Below, piece by piece: positions 1 through 12,950 of a stretch of 64,000 nt of DNA. The DNA comes from Octopus sinensis (Eukaryota). Within the stretch, counting starts at the first letter, position 1. Each line of letters starts with the position of its first letter. The position numbers and the translations under genes are program-made. The DNA lies in the NCBI RefSeq assembly GCF_006345805.1, contig NC_042998.1, positions 105,462,001 to 105,526,000 of the forward strand. Reading direction: 5' to 3'. The notes beneath the pieces are model-generated. The model saw only the letters and a list, made by a program, of their open reading frames with translations, was not told the DNA's origin and made no database searches.

Positions 1-67
1 TTCAATGTAAATTTCATCTCTGATTTATTAACCTTGACATTTTGTATTACTCACATCATTGGATCTG

Positions 68-120
68 CTGTGTGTGTGTGTGTGTGTGGTGTGTGTGTGT
101 GTGTGTGTGCGTGTGTGTGC
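68..120. repeat. (GT)n microsatellite
   Basis: Direct dinucleotide run; it explains the CV/HT-repeat ORFs at 51-440 and 59-301. Confidence 0.95.
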
Positions 121-1455
121 ATGCATGTGTGTATGTATGTCCTTGTCATGGCATCATGTAACAGTTGTAAACAACTATTATTATCATATGAGCAGTGACA
201 TTCATTTTCAATCTTCCATGAAAACATGTCTAGGCATAAGAAAATACTACCATATTTGGAAACAGGTGAAAATTGGCAACAGGAAGGACATCCAGCCATA
301 GAAAATCTGCCACGACAAATCCCATATGATCCATGAAAATTTGGGATAATGGATGTTAATATAAAACAATTGGATCCCTGTATGTATTTTGAGTCAGTGC
401 ATTTAGAAATTTCCATTATATTACTAACAATTTCATTCACAATACTTATGTATCATTTTTTTCTCTTTTACAAAGCTTTCTTTTCGTTTTTTGCTGCTGA
501 TGCTATTACTACTAATACACTGTTAATACAATTGACACTGCTAATATATGCTGATTTTGCTGATATTGTTAGCTAATATTTTTTAGCATATTCACTATGG
601 ATTTTTATACAGAGTGGGATTGCCATTCCTGTGTTTCTCCCCTCCTTTCTTTTTAGATTTCATTTTATTGTGTACATCAGATTATTTTGTGATTGCTTGA
701 AAAACACCATGATTTATGTTTGCTAAGGCATTCATGTAACAAACTAAAACCAAAAAAACAACAACAAAAGAAATAAAAGAAAGAAAGAAATTTTCTTTCT
801 CGAAGCAAGATTTTATAAATATTATTATCCCTGTGTAATTGGTTGTTTCATACAGGAGTGTTCTCTGGAAATTCTTGGATATTCCATATATAATTCAAAA
901 CACAGAAGTTCAGTGTTAGAAGCTAATATTTTTTCTGGTCCCAATAGTAATGCTGTTTTTACTAAATAAAGAATGATGTATGATTATAAGAAATGATAAA
1001 TGTAAAGTTATTTTATAGATACAGGAATAGGCTTGTAGAGAAGAACTTTACATTGCATCCTTGTACTTTTAGACTTGATGTCATGATGCAACAGCTAGAT
1101 GAGTGTGGCTGTTTCTCCAATACTTTGTAAGTGATATCTTGAAATTTTATTGATGGAAACTATGTGGAAGCCCTTCATATTTGGCATCGGTATGTTATTA
1201 AGTGTTTAAGAAATTTACTTCACAATCAGGAGGTTTCAAAGTTTATTCCAACTGTGCAGCAGTTTTGGAAGAAATCTTCTCCCATTGTCTCAGGTTGAAC
1301 AATGCCTTGAAAGTGAAATTTGTTGTACTGAAATTGTGTGCAACCTAGGATTGTATATAAGTGTGTGCATGTGTGTGTGTGTCTGTTTGTCTGTGTGTCT
1401 ATCTGTGCTCATATGTGTAAGTATAAAATATAAGAATAATATATATATATATTTA

Positions 1456-1638
1456 GGTGCAGGAGTGGCTGTGTGGTAAGAAGCTTGCTTCCCAACCACA
1501 TGGTTTCAGATTCACTCCCACTGTGTGGCACTTTGGGCAAGTGTCTTCTGACTAAACCCTTGTGAGTGGATTTGGTAGACAGAAACTGAAAGAAGCTCCT
1601 CACACACACATATATATATATATATACATATACGTTTA

Positions 1639-1673
<35 letters not shown>

Positions 1674-1875
1674 GGGTGTATTTGTGTGTTTGTGTTTGTC
1701 CACCCACTATCGCTTGATGACTGATGTTGGTGTGTTTACTTCCCCATAACTTAGCGTTTCAGCAAAAGAAACTGGTAGAATAATTACTAGGCTTACAAAG
1801 AATAAGTTCTGGTGTCAATTTGTTCAACTAAAGGTGGTGCTCCAGCATGAACGCCGTCAAATGACTGAAACAAGT
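1456..1875 (+). mobile_element. tRNA-derived SINE, family A (full length, internal microsatellite)
   Basis: tRNA-like head GGTGCAGGAGTGGCTGTGTGGTAAG with a degenerate B-box, then TTGGGCAAGTGTCTTCT, an internal (CA)(TA)(TATG) tract and the tail ...GCTCCAGCATG...CAAATGACTGAAACAAGT. Same layout at 9571-9986 (-), 34221-34608 and 60119-60490. Confidence 0.85.
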
Positions 1876-1879
1876 GTTA

Positions 1880-3600
1880 AATGACATGGAAAGGGTCATA
1901 AGTGATGAAAGGGTCAACATGTGATGAAAATCACAGAGAAGGTCATAGCCCAACTAATTAGGGAGAGAGTTAGTTTAGACAAGATGAGGTTTGGGTTTGT
2001 GCCAGGGAGAAGCACTACTGATGCTATATTTCTGATAAGACAGCTGCAGGATAAATTCCTAGCTATAAATAAACTTCTGTACTAGGTTTTGTTGACATGG
2101 AAAAAGCCTTTCACAGCCACTCCAGATCCCTTTTCTGGTGGTCACTGCAGAAACTAAGGATAGATGAGTGGCTGGTGAGAGAGCTGTACAATCAATGTAC
2201 AGGGATGCTGTCAGTAAGGTGAAGGTAGGCAATGAGTATAGTGAAGAATTCTGGGTAGAAGTAGGAGTTCAGTCCCCAGCCCCCTCTTATTCATCATAGT
2301 CCTTCAGGCAATAACAGAGGAATTCATGACCAGCTGCCCCTGGGGGCTCCTCTATGTTGATGGACTTGCTCTGATAGCTGAGTCACTAACAGAACTAGAG
2401 AAGTTTCAGGTGTTGAAGCAAGGTCCAGAATCAAAGGCCCTTAGAGTCAATCTAGCAAAAACCAAAGTCTTAGTAAGTAAGAAGGCAGACAAGTCACAAA
2501 TCCCTTCAGGTAGATGACCCTGTTCGATCTGTAGAAAAGGCATTGGTAGAAACTCCATAAGATGTACCCAGTGTAAGCTATGGACACATAAGAGATGCAG
2601 CAATATCAAGGGAAGGTTAGCTGGGAAGATAGCCTTTGTGTGTGGCAGATGCTCCGGGGCAATAAACACCAAAGATGTACAGAAAACAGATTCCATCACA
2701 TGCCAGAGGGAAAAACTAGAAGTAGTTGATAGCTTCTGTTATGTAGGTGATCAAATCAGTAGTGGGGGTGGATGCTCTGAGAGAGTAACTGCTAGAGTAA
2801 GAATAGCCTAGGCAAAGTCCAGAAAGCTCCTACCTCTGCTGGTAATAAAAGACCTCTCACTAAGATGGAAAGGTGGACTGTATGATGCATGTGTGTGAAC
2901 AGCCATGCAACACAGCAATGAAACATGGGCTGTGACTGCTGAGGACATGCATAGTCTTGAAAGAAATGAAATAATATTCTCTGCTGGATGTGTAATGTCA
3001 GTGTGCATACACGACAGAGTGTAAGCGTCCTGAGAGAAAAGTTGGGCATAAGAAGCATCAGATGTGGTGTGCAAGAGAGATGACTGCACTAGTATGGTAA
3101 TGTGTTGCATATAGATGAGGACAGCTGTGTTACACCCTAACAGTGGAGGGAACATATGGAAGAGATTGACTTTTGAACGTTGGGCCTCACAGTGACCGAG
3201 ACCTTTGGAGATATGCTGTGCTTCAGAAGACCTGACAAGCCAAGTGAGATCATAGCTACAGCTGATGCCGATGTTGCATAACTGGCTAGTTTAAAAGTAC
3301 TCTTCAATCGTCAGGCAGTATGCTGTACTTGAGAAGACCTGTTGAGTCAAGTGAAATTGTAGTGGTGGCTGATGCCAGTCCCACCTGACTGGCTCCCATG
3401 CCAGTGGCATGTAAAAAGCACCATTAAAGCATGGTTGATGCCAGCACCACCTGACTGGCTACCATGCCGGTGGCATGTAAAAGGCACCCTTTGAGTCTAG
3501 TCAATGCCACTGCTGCCTGACCAGTCCCTGTGCTGGTGGCACATAAAAAGCACCCACTATACTCTCGGAGTGGTTGGCATTAGGAATGGTATCCAGCTGT
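1880..3600 (+). mobile_element. Degenerate 5'-truncated RTE-clade LINE (PHD-in-RT family)
   Basis: Colinear with 17730-19957. RT motifs FGFVPGRSTTDAIF, DMEKAF, LLYVDGLAL (decayed YADD) and the Cys/His finger are present with stops and frameshifts. The 3' UTR repeat units follow at 3360-3560. Confidence 0.9.
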
Positions 3601-3602
3601 AG

Positions 3603-3790
3603 AGACGATGACAATGGTGACGAGATGACGACGACAAGATGAAGATGACAAGATTGACGACAATGACGAGACAACGATGAAGACAAGAAGACGACAAGAC
3701 AACGACAACAAGTTGACGAGAGAACGACGACAAGACAATGACAACAAGTTGACGAGAGAATGACAAGACGATGATGATGATGATGACGGT
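3603..3790. repeat. Degenerate (GAC/GAT)n trinucleotide tract
   Basis: GACGACAAGATGA-type repeats immediately after the RTE copy; probably an expanded (GAT)n LINE tail. Confidence 0.75.
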
Positions 3791-3854
3791 GGCAGCAGTG
3801 GTGGGGAGGAGGATACTGCTGCTGCTAATATGCAATTTTTTTATTTTGGCTCAG

Positions 3855-4170
3855 TAGGCTATGTGATTCAGTTTGCTTCCCAATCACATGATTTTGTGGT
3901 CAGTTCCATCTTTGGTGCATCTCTACTGCTTTAGTCATGTATATGTATGTATACACGTGTGTGTCTGTGTTTGTGCTTGTCCCCACCAGTGTTTCATAAC
4001 TAGTGTTGGTTTCTTTTAGTTCCTGTAACTTAGTGGTTCAGCAAAGAGACTAACAGAATAAGTTTAAGACATTTGAAAAGTAAGTTTTAGAGTAGATTTG
4101 TTCAAGTAAATTCTTCACAGTGGTGCCCCAGAACGGTCGCAATTTTATGACTGAAACAAGTAAAATGATT
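3855..4170 (+). mobile_element. Degenerate SINE family A
   Basis: TTGCTTCCCAATCACATG head and GTAACTTAGTGGTTCAGCAAAGAGAC...ATGACTGAAACAAGTAAAA tail match 1456-1875. Confidence 0.7.
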
Positions 4171-4984
4171 TAAAAAATAGATGAAACAAATACATGAATC
4201 CTAGACTTCAACCATTACTTGATTTAATACCACCATTTGGCTGTTGAGTGACTTTAGTAGTCCACTCATTTGCAAGCATTCAAACCAAGTTTTTGATCTG
4301 AGAACAGCTTGCTCTCTCCCTCTCTCTCCCTTTTTCGAGTTCTCTGAGCACTGTGCCTCCTCCACTGATTAAACAATTAAAAAATTAAAAAAAGAACCAG
4401 TGTCCAAATGTTATCTGCCAAGTTACAGTTTATAGTAATAATAGAACAATAATATAAAGAATCCAAAAGTTCTACCACAAAGATAAAAATAATATTCCAT
4501 TTGACATCTGGTTATTTCATTTGTGGCAATGCAACAGAAGTTTCATAAGTGATTTTGCAAAAGAAAAATGTCTGTCTTAGAATCTTTGTACCATTCCAAG
4601 ATACAGATAAACTTTGTAGCTGTGGATTCCCAAAAGACTTCAGAAATATTTTAGCTCCTCTACCACAATTCTATATCACTACTTAATTCAACTAACTCTA
4701 CTATCAGAAAAATATTATGTTGTCTTTATCAGACTTAAAGCTTTCAGCAACAAGTTCTGCAATGCTGCAAATCTTGACTGAGATAGCAACTTAAAAGAAC
4801 AAGAATTCTTTAGCAGGTCTTTTCGCAGTGATGTGAACAATGGCAGTAATAACAGTAACACCATCATCATCTACATAAGCAAAATCAACCACTAACTACA
4901 ATGGTAATAATAATAATGGTTTCATATTTTGGGACAAGGCTAGCATTTATAGGGAAAGGGGGTAGGTGATGTCATCGACCCCAA

Positions 4985-5676
4985 TATTTCACTGGAATAT
5001 GTCTGTTCAAAGTGACAAAGAAATAAAAGCTAATTGTGCAGATATAATAATCAAGGATTGGGGGAAAAACATGAAAAAAAAAGACACCTGCTTACTGATA
5101 GACATTGCAGTCTCTTCTGACCAAAATATAGCCCAAAATGAAGTGGAGAAACTGTCAAAGAACAAGAGCTCAAAATTGAAATTTTCGTGATCTGAGACAT
5201 GAGGGTGAAAACAATACCAGTAATAATTAGAGCACAGGATATGATAAAAAAAAATGCATGAGCACAAACGTAGAAGTTATTCCTGGGCTCTCAACACTAC
5301 ACATTATCAAAAAAAAAAAACATAGCCTTGCTAGGAACAGGCTACATCCTACACAAGACACTATGAATTCAACACAGCCCAAACAAAACAATCCACAAAC
5401 ACAGTAAATATCCAATAAAATAAACAGCCCCCACAATATGTACTCTACAGGGTCAGATACCCAACAGAAAAACACAACTTGCATTACACACCTAACACAC
5501 TATAAAAACACTATTACAAGAAAAGACAGTAACCAGATCCCATAACAAAAGCTGACATAATACAATACTGGGATTAGTTCACTCTCCCTTACAGCAAAAA
5601 AGAACACACAACACAGCAACATAGAGGTGTAGCAGGTGATGCAGTTGAAATCTGCTGAAATTATCAAATGTTGAAT
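4985..5676 (+). mobile_element. Degenerate R4/Dong-like LINE 3' fragment (restriction-like endonuclease plus 3' UTR)
   Basis: Peptide WNMSVQSDKEIKANCADIIIKD...CLLIDIAVSSDQNIAQNEVEKLSK is homologous to 5766-6113. The fragment ends in TGAATAATAAT at an (AAT)n array. Confidence 0.75.
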
Positions 5677-5765
5677 AATAATGATAATAACAATGAAATT
5701 AATAATAATAATGATAATTAATAATAATGATAATAATAACAACAACAACAACAATAATAATAATA

Positions 5766-6211
5766 TTACACACAGATAGAGAAATTAAGGCCAACAGACC
5801 AGATATAGTTGTCAGAGATCATGAAGAAAAAAAATGCTTTCTAATTGATGTATCAATACCAGCAGATGACAACGTGTCTCTAAAAGAAATGGAGAAACTT
5901 TCAAAATACAAAGACCTGGAAATAGAGGTAACTAGAATGTGGAATCTAAAAACAGAAACAATTCCTATCATAGTAGGTGCATTAGGCATGATAAAAAAAT
6001 ATTCAGACAAATACATAGCAAAAACACCAGGACTTACAAACACATATAACATACAGAAAATTGCACTACTAGGTACTGCACACATCCTACACAGAATACT
6101 TTCCATACAATAACCATCAGAGCATCACAACAAATCACAGCACATACCCAAGGTACACAGAGCTGCACTCGGTTGTGAAGTGAAAGCACGCTATAAAAAT
6201 AAAACTACTGA
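5766..6211 (+). mobile_element. R4/Dong-like LINE 3' end, RLE endonuclease domain open to stop at 6113
   Basis: HTDREIKANRPDIVV...FLIDVSIP...EKLSKYKDL...IPIIVGALG...LLGTAHIL carries the RPD...D...K..KY restriction-like endonuclease motif. Flanked on both sides by (AAT)n, the known Dong-type target. Confidence 0.88.
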
Positions 6212-6226
6212 ATAATAATAATAATA

Positions 6227-6819
6227 AATGCCCTGATGCAGTACCAGACAGTGGTTCTCATGGATTCTGATCTTAACAGATTGGAAGTGTTATCATGCAC
6301 ATTGTTTTGTCTTAGTATAAAAAATGGGCTACAGCAAATACTCTTGGTATAAAAGATGGGCTACAAGTAAATCTGTGGTATCTCAATACCACAGATTTGC
6401 TTGTCAGTTGTTTGACCTTAATCAGTTGTGCATATCCCTTAGTGGCTGATGATATGTGCATCTGTGATCATGAGCAGAAGTAGTGGGGGAGCATCATAGC
6501 CATGTGTTGAAAGGAATTCTTGGTGGTTTGGATAATTCACCTTTGGAAACACATGTGGTTCGTTCAATATCCTTAAACAATCCTTATTCATGGACCTTTT
6601 GAGTGGGATGGGCTACTTAACCTGAAGAAAATTATAACTGGGCCCCACCTGCAAAGCCATGCGCTGTTTATCTTTATATGAGATCACTATTTCGCGCACA
6701 CATGGTTGTGATGCATATGCCTGGTGTACCCTTATCAGACAGGTAGTCATGATGGGTATACTGGGCTTCATATATTTTACCCCAGTGTCATTTTGATGGC
6801 ATGCACTGCTCTCTCACTC

Positions 6820-6820
<1 letters not shown>
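6227..6820 (+). mobile_element. Unclassified ~600-bp insertion in an (AAT)n array, probably a LINE 3' UTR or non-autonomous retroelement
   Basis: Higher-complexity block bounded by (AAT)n on both sides and ending CTCTCTCACTC-AATAATAAT. No ORF; strand is inferred. Confidence 0.45.
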
Positions 6821-6857
<37 letters not shown>

Positions 6858-7107
6858 TGAGGACAATTCTTTCAAATTTTGGCAGAAGGTTACCAAGAAA
6901 GGGGAAAGTTGGTTACATTGACCCTAGTACTTATCAGAAACTTTATATATATATGTGTGTGTATATATATACACGTGTGTATATGTATATATATTTATAT
7001 ATATATTCATATATATATATACATATATATTCATACATGTGCATATGTATATATATATATGCATGTAGATGGATAGATAGATAGATAGATAGATAGATAG
7101 ACAGATA

Positions 7108-8143
7108 CAGTACTGTGCAATAGTCTTCGACCACTTTAAACTATTGTAAATTTCTACTGATTGCCAACTTATAAGTGGATGTTTCTTATTGCGCTTTTTA
7201 CAGATGAAACATTGACTCTGTTAAAGTTATTTCCATATCTAATCATTATATTTTGTAGAAGGGATTTTGAATGAGAGGGCAAGATGCAAGACGACCACCT
7301 GGAGGCCTTCTGACAAATTCTCACTTATTAGAAAGTGAAATGACCCTGGTACATGATGAAAACAGTGAAGTTTGTGGGTACGAATCTGATGTTTTTGAGG
7401 ATAAAAAGTGATGGTTCAAGAAAGTTGGTTAAAATTCAGTGTAACTTGAATAGTGCCGAATACATCCAGTTGCGGAAGGACAATTTGATACTAGGCTTGA
7501 ATGAAGGTGAGATTTTTCGGCATGATGGAGCTCCATGCCACAGATCATGTGCAACACAACAGTCTGGCTGATGAAGGTGTTACCATATTGAAAGATTGGC
7601 CAGCTCAGAGCCCTGACTTAAGTATCATCGAGCAAATGTGAGCAGAACTAAAGAGAAGAGTTCTTCAGAAAAATCCACGCAATCTTGAAGAGTTACGGGA
7701 GCTCAGCCAGAGAGAGAATGGCATCTCATACTTGTGGAGATGGTGAAGATGGTGAAGGATTTGTACGCATCTCTTCCCAGGCACATTGAAGCAATCATTC
7801 AAGCTATGGGAAGCCACACGAAATATTAACAATGTGTAGTAACTTCTTGAAATGAACATTATGTAATAAATTTTCATTATAGATATTTTTCTGTTTTAAA
7901 ACACTGTTTCTTGATTGGTTTATGTGAGGTTGCCGAAAACTTTTGCATAGCCATTTTTGGTGGTCTCACATCTTCCCCTCTTATTCAGAACCCCTACTAC
8001 AAAATACAATGATTATGTATGGAAATGGCTCCAATAGGGCCAATGTTTCATCTTTAAAAAATGCAATGTGAAACATCCACTTATAAGTTGGCAATACTAG
8101 AAATTTACAATAGTTTAAAGTGGCCGAAGACTTTTGCACAGTA

Positions 8144-8146
<3 letters not shown>
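7108..8146 (+). mobile_element. Internally deleted Tc1-like transposon with long (~190 bp) TIRs
   Basis: TA|CAGTACTGTGCAA...TTGCACAGTACTG|TA, with 7108-~7297 inverted at ~7958-8146. Residual C-terminal transposase: GSRKLVKI...FRHDGAPCH...WPAQSPDLSIIEQM. Confidence 0.92.
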
Positions 8147-8188
<42 letters not shown>

Positions 8189-9570
8189 ATTATATAGATA
8201 TATACACACAGATGCACACAGATGCACGCACACACATACAGTATAAAAGGGTCTGTTGTTATCCATGCTAAACCGTATAGTTGTTATAACAACAAATGCG
8301 ACCTCAGCATTGCAGCAATACAAACCAGCAACTGCATTAATGAACAAGTGACCTTATTCTAAACTACAAACATAAATTATGTAACACATTCTTAAGGTAC
8401 AAATTATAGAGCCTCACCCCTATTATTCCCCAACTAATCCTCTTACATCCCTTCTGCTTTAATTTCTTCTACATATTAGTAACCATTACCTTTTGGCACT
8501 TTTTTATATTTCCTTTACTTTGTGATCTCTTTATGTTTTCCACTTTGCATGTAAGAGTGTGCAAGCATGCACACATGTCCATGTCTGACTTCTTAACCAT
8601 TTTATTTCTTCAAAGGTTTGGGTTTTTGTTTGCATTCATAGCAACTCTGGTTGCTAACCATGAGCTGTACAAAGATTTTCAGCTTATCAAATTTCCTTGT
8701 AACTTCAGTATGAGAAAAGGTGTGTAACCTTTGACACCAATAAATTGTTATTGTTCATGGCCATACACTATACACTTTGTTTTTTTCATTTTGTCCTTTC
8801 AGCTTCACCACTCATTTAACGCAGATCTAATTCTTTCTTCCCAAATAAATTGCATTTCAAATTCAAAGATCCAATGAAATTATAGGTTGTTATTCAGGCA
8901 CCCAGCAAAGAGTCCACAGCATCATATTGCAGAAACAGCTGTAAGCTAATGCGGTTCATAACATAACCATTATTTTTCCTTTGTCATCACTTTTTCTTAT
9001 ATATATATATATATACATATATATACACACACACATGTATGGGCATACATGTATGCATAAATACTGATATACATATATATATATGTATATATGTATATAT
9101 ATATAAACGATATATAAATATATGCATATATGCATACATATATGTACATACCTACATATATGTACATATACATGCATATATGGGTACAGGACATCAAAAA
9201 AACGTTGAACACAATGAGAAACAAAATCACAAAAACAAAAACATAGAAACGAACTTGTTTTCGGACAATGATAAAAAAAAAAGAAACGAGACATACAACA
9301 TAAAAAATATTCCCCTTCATCAGTTGTCCCTGTTTCAACTACTCCACGTTTCGAAGGTAAGTACAAGTAGGTTTACAGTTATCACATAGGCACTTTAAAT
9401 TTCTTTTAAAATATTTTATTACATTTAAATTTCTATCTTACAATTAACTAAATTAGCATAGAATAATGGTTTCATATTTTTTTATAATTAAGATCTAAAC
9501 TGTTAATATATGAATGCAAAAGAGATAGTTGAATAACTGCAAATGTACTTTTGAGCCACCTTGTATATAT

Positions 9571-9986
9571 ACTCTTTTACTCTTTTACTCTTTTACTTGT
9601 TTCAGTCATTTGACTGCGGCCATGCTGGAGCACCGCCTTTAGTCGAGCAAATCGACCCCGGGACTTATTCTTTGTAAGCCCAGTACTTATTCTATCGGTC
9701 TGTTTTGCTGAACCGCTAAGTGATAGGGACGTAAACACACCAGCATCGGTTGTCAAGCAATGCTAGGGGGACAGACACAGACACACAAACATATACACAC
9801 ACACTTATATATATATATATATATATATATATACGACAGGCTTCTTTCAGTTTCCGTCTACCAAATCCACTCACAAGGCATTGGTCGGCCTGGGGCTATA
9901 GCAGAAGACACTTGCCCAAGATGCCACGCAGTGGGACTGAACCCGGAACCATGTAGTTGGTTAGCAAGCTACTTACCACAGAGCCA
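9571..9986 (-). mobile_element. SINE family A, well preserved
   Basis: Reverse complement of 1456-1875 with CpGs retained and the terminal (GTAAAAGA)n repeat. B-box-like GGTTCAGTCCC on the minus strand. Confidence 0.9.
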
Positions 9987-10228
9987 TATATATATATATA
10001 AAACAAGGGCTATATTCAGTGTCCATCTAAAAAAATCACTCATAAGGCTTTGGTTAGACTGAGGTTATAGTATAATACATATACTTAGCATGCAGCTGGA
10101 CTGAACCCAAAACCATGTGGTTGGGAAAAAAACTTCGTAACCACACAGCTACACAAGACAATGAATAGATTAATTAATTAGATAATTAGTACTTGTCTCC
10201 ACGGCAACAAAGTGATTACATACATACA

Positions 10229-10616
10229 AATAATAACTGGAGCACTTGGGTTTGTTAGTAAATGCTTAAAGGAGAATCTGGATAAACTTGGATTTTCAGA
10301 AAGAGACACTGATGGGCTGATTCGTACATTACAAGTGCACTCTGTGAGTGGAACAGTAAAAATATGCAAGATTTTTCTCTAGTTCCAAATATGAAATTGT
10401 CTGTGTTGACTGTATCCCAAAGATGGTGCCTTGTATCTTTGTTGGAAACCAGCTCCCACCTCAATGGAAAATTTATAATAATTAAAAATAGAAGAGACAT
10501 ACAAACAAAAATACCATGTTGTTTATGTTGAAATTCCAATGAAGGAGCCTTGGATCTAGGTTAGAAATTGGTTCTTTCTCTATTGGCAAGAAATCTTGAA
10601 ATAAAACCGAATGATG
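10229..10616 (+). mobile_element. Second RLE-type LINE 3' fragment flanked by (CATA)-like repeats
   Basis: My translation gives IITGALGFVSKCLKENLDKLGFSERDTDGLIRTLQVHSVSGTVKICKIFL*, the PII.GALG...LQ...GT.KI C-terminus of RLE elements. The 3' UTR ends AATAAAACCGAATGATGA-CATAC. Confidence 0.65.
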
Positions 10617-10949
10617 ACATACACATACACATGTAAACATTTACATATGAAATAAACACACACAGGCAGACTCTCAGTTTCATGGGAGAAACAAACTGTG
10701 TTTTACAGCCACATTCATCTATTCCTTGGTGGCTGCTGCTGCTATGCTTTAGTCAACCAAAGCCAAGTTCTGGTTGAATTACATCATGGCAGTACCAAAA
10801 AATAGACAACTGTAGTTTATCAGACACAATTCTTAAATTGAAATTCAGAATCTGTCAGTGAACACTTAGCTTCGATGTATTTACTGTTATATTTGCTACA
10901 TTCTACTTTGAGTTGAGTACACTAATTTTTGTTTAGATGAATTAGATAT

Positions 10950-10950
<1 letters not shown>

Positions 10951-10994
<44 letters not shown>

Positions 10995-11165
10995 ATGTGT
11001 ATGTGTGTGTGTACGTGTGTGTATGTGTTTTGTGCATGCATATGCAAATATATCTATATATATATGCATACACATAAATGTATATGTTTGCATATATATA
11101 TATATGTATGGACAGATAGATAGAGAAATACATGTGTGCATATGTATATGTATATATGTATATAT

Positions 11166-11226
<61 letters not shown>

Positions 11227-11578
11227 ATGTAATATATATTATACATATTATACATACATATTTTATATATACATATAAATATATAATATAATATAGGTAT
11301 ATATATATATATATATATAATATACATACACACATACACATGAATAGAGACACATATACATATATATATATATATTTATATATAGAGATATATTTATTTA
11401 TAAAATGGATATGTATATAAACATATATGTATGCCTGTGTAAATGTATATATGTAATTATATTTACAGACACATATATATATTTATATATAAATGTGTGT
11501 ATATGTGTATATACATATACATATACATACATTTATGTATACATATATATATATAAATATGTATATAAATATATATAA

Positions 11579-11625
<47 letters not shown>

Positions 11626-11697
11626 TGCACACACTCAAATATCTCAATTATCAACAAACATACTCCAAACACATACAATATACATACATGCTTACTC

Positions 11698-11730
<33 letters not shown>

Positions 11731-12135
11731 TGTATCTTTATATGTATGTATGTGTTAATTCTTCATCTCTGGAGGCTATATGTCTTAAAGTATCTATTAT
11801 ACTACTTCTCATGAATTGTTATTCTGGCTTAGTTGTTACCTTTGTTTATATCTTTATTTATATTTTCATGCAGACCATTACTTATTTTGTTATTTTCATA
11901 TCTATCCATTTATCCATTTATGAATCTCTTACTATCTCTCTATCAATATTTAGATATTATCTTGTTATTTATTCATGTGTTTATCTATCTTTCTCGCTAT
12001 CTATTTATCTATTTCACTATATTTTTGTATATCTACTTATTTATTCACATATCTTTCTATCTATCTATCTATCTATTTATGCATCTTTCATCCTATCTGC
12101 ATCTGTCTTTCTATATTTTTATTTATTTATATGAT
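10951..12135. repeat. Compound (GT)/(TA)/(TATG)/(TATC) low-complexity region
   Basis: Directly visible; source of many spurious Y/I/C/V/H-rich ORFs. Confidence 0.9.
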
Positions 12136-12462
12136 GTCTTATCCATTTTCATTTCCAACACTGTCTTGCACTAATATTTCAGTTGAACAGAATGTAATTG
12201 TCAGATGTATTCTAAGAAGAGTTCTAATTCATTCTTTATTTTTTAATATTTATGCAGTTCTTTTTTTAATCTTTTTGAGTTACTTTATTGGAAATATGAG
12301 AAGGTCTTTAGATATATTTCAATGTTACATTTGTTATTTAATGTATTATTTATTATTTTCTTCCATTTTGTATGAGCAAAAATACTATTGTATACATTTT
12401 ATTTTATTGCTGAAATGGCTATTCAACAATTTCTACTCTTTGCATGAATTCATATGCCCTTT

Positions 12463-12468
12463 CTCTCT

Positions 12469-12565
<97 letters not shown>

Positions 12566-12587
12566 TCTCTCTCATACACACACACAC
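12463..12587. repeat. (CT)n then (CA)n microsatellite
   Basis: Direct run. Confidence 0.95.
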
Positions 12588-12659
12588 GCCACAAACGCAC
12601 ACGTAACTCTTTTACTCTTTAACTAGTTTCAGCTTGAAAGTTGTGGCCATACTGGAGGC

Positions 12660-12950
12660 TTTGCTACATCTTCGATACTTGAAACGTCTTTTTAAATGTG
12701 GCATTTAGTGAATGAGGGAATGAGGGAGTTCGATGCTGTTGCCCTCATCTGTGTAACTTGTTGTGAAATAGGGTCATCCAGAACCCTTGACAGGAGGTAC
12801 TCCAGTTTTGTTTAGTAGACACCTACATCTGCACCATGCAAGTCTCTCAGACTTTCTGCAAGGACATTGAAGAGCTGTGGGCCCTTGAAACTCAAGCAAT
12901 TGCATTATCTGGTCTTGTATCTTGATGGTGATGTTAGGATCTTTGGCTCA
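12660..12950 (-). mobile_element. CR1/L2-group LINE 3' fragment
   Basis: The minus strand reads ...CNCLSFKGPQLFNVLAESLR..., resembling the conserved F.GP.LFN.LP end of CR1/L2-like ORF2. Decayed. Confidence 0.5.

Noticed and set aside
1456-1530. tRNA genes at SINE heads (also 39900-39960 and 44240-44308)
   Set aside because: Only A/B-box-like remnants without a cloverleaf, each followed by a SINE body.
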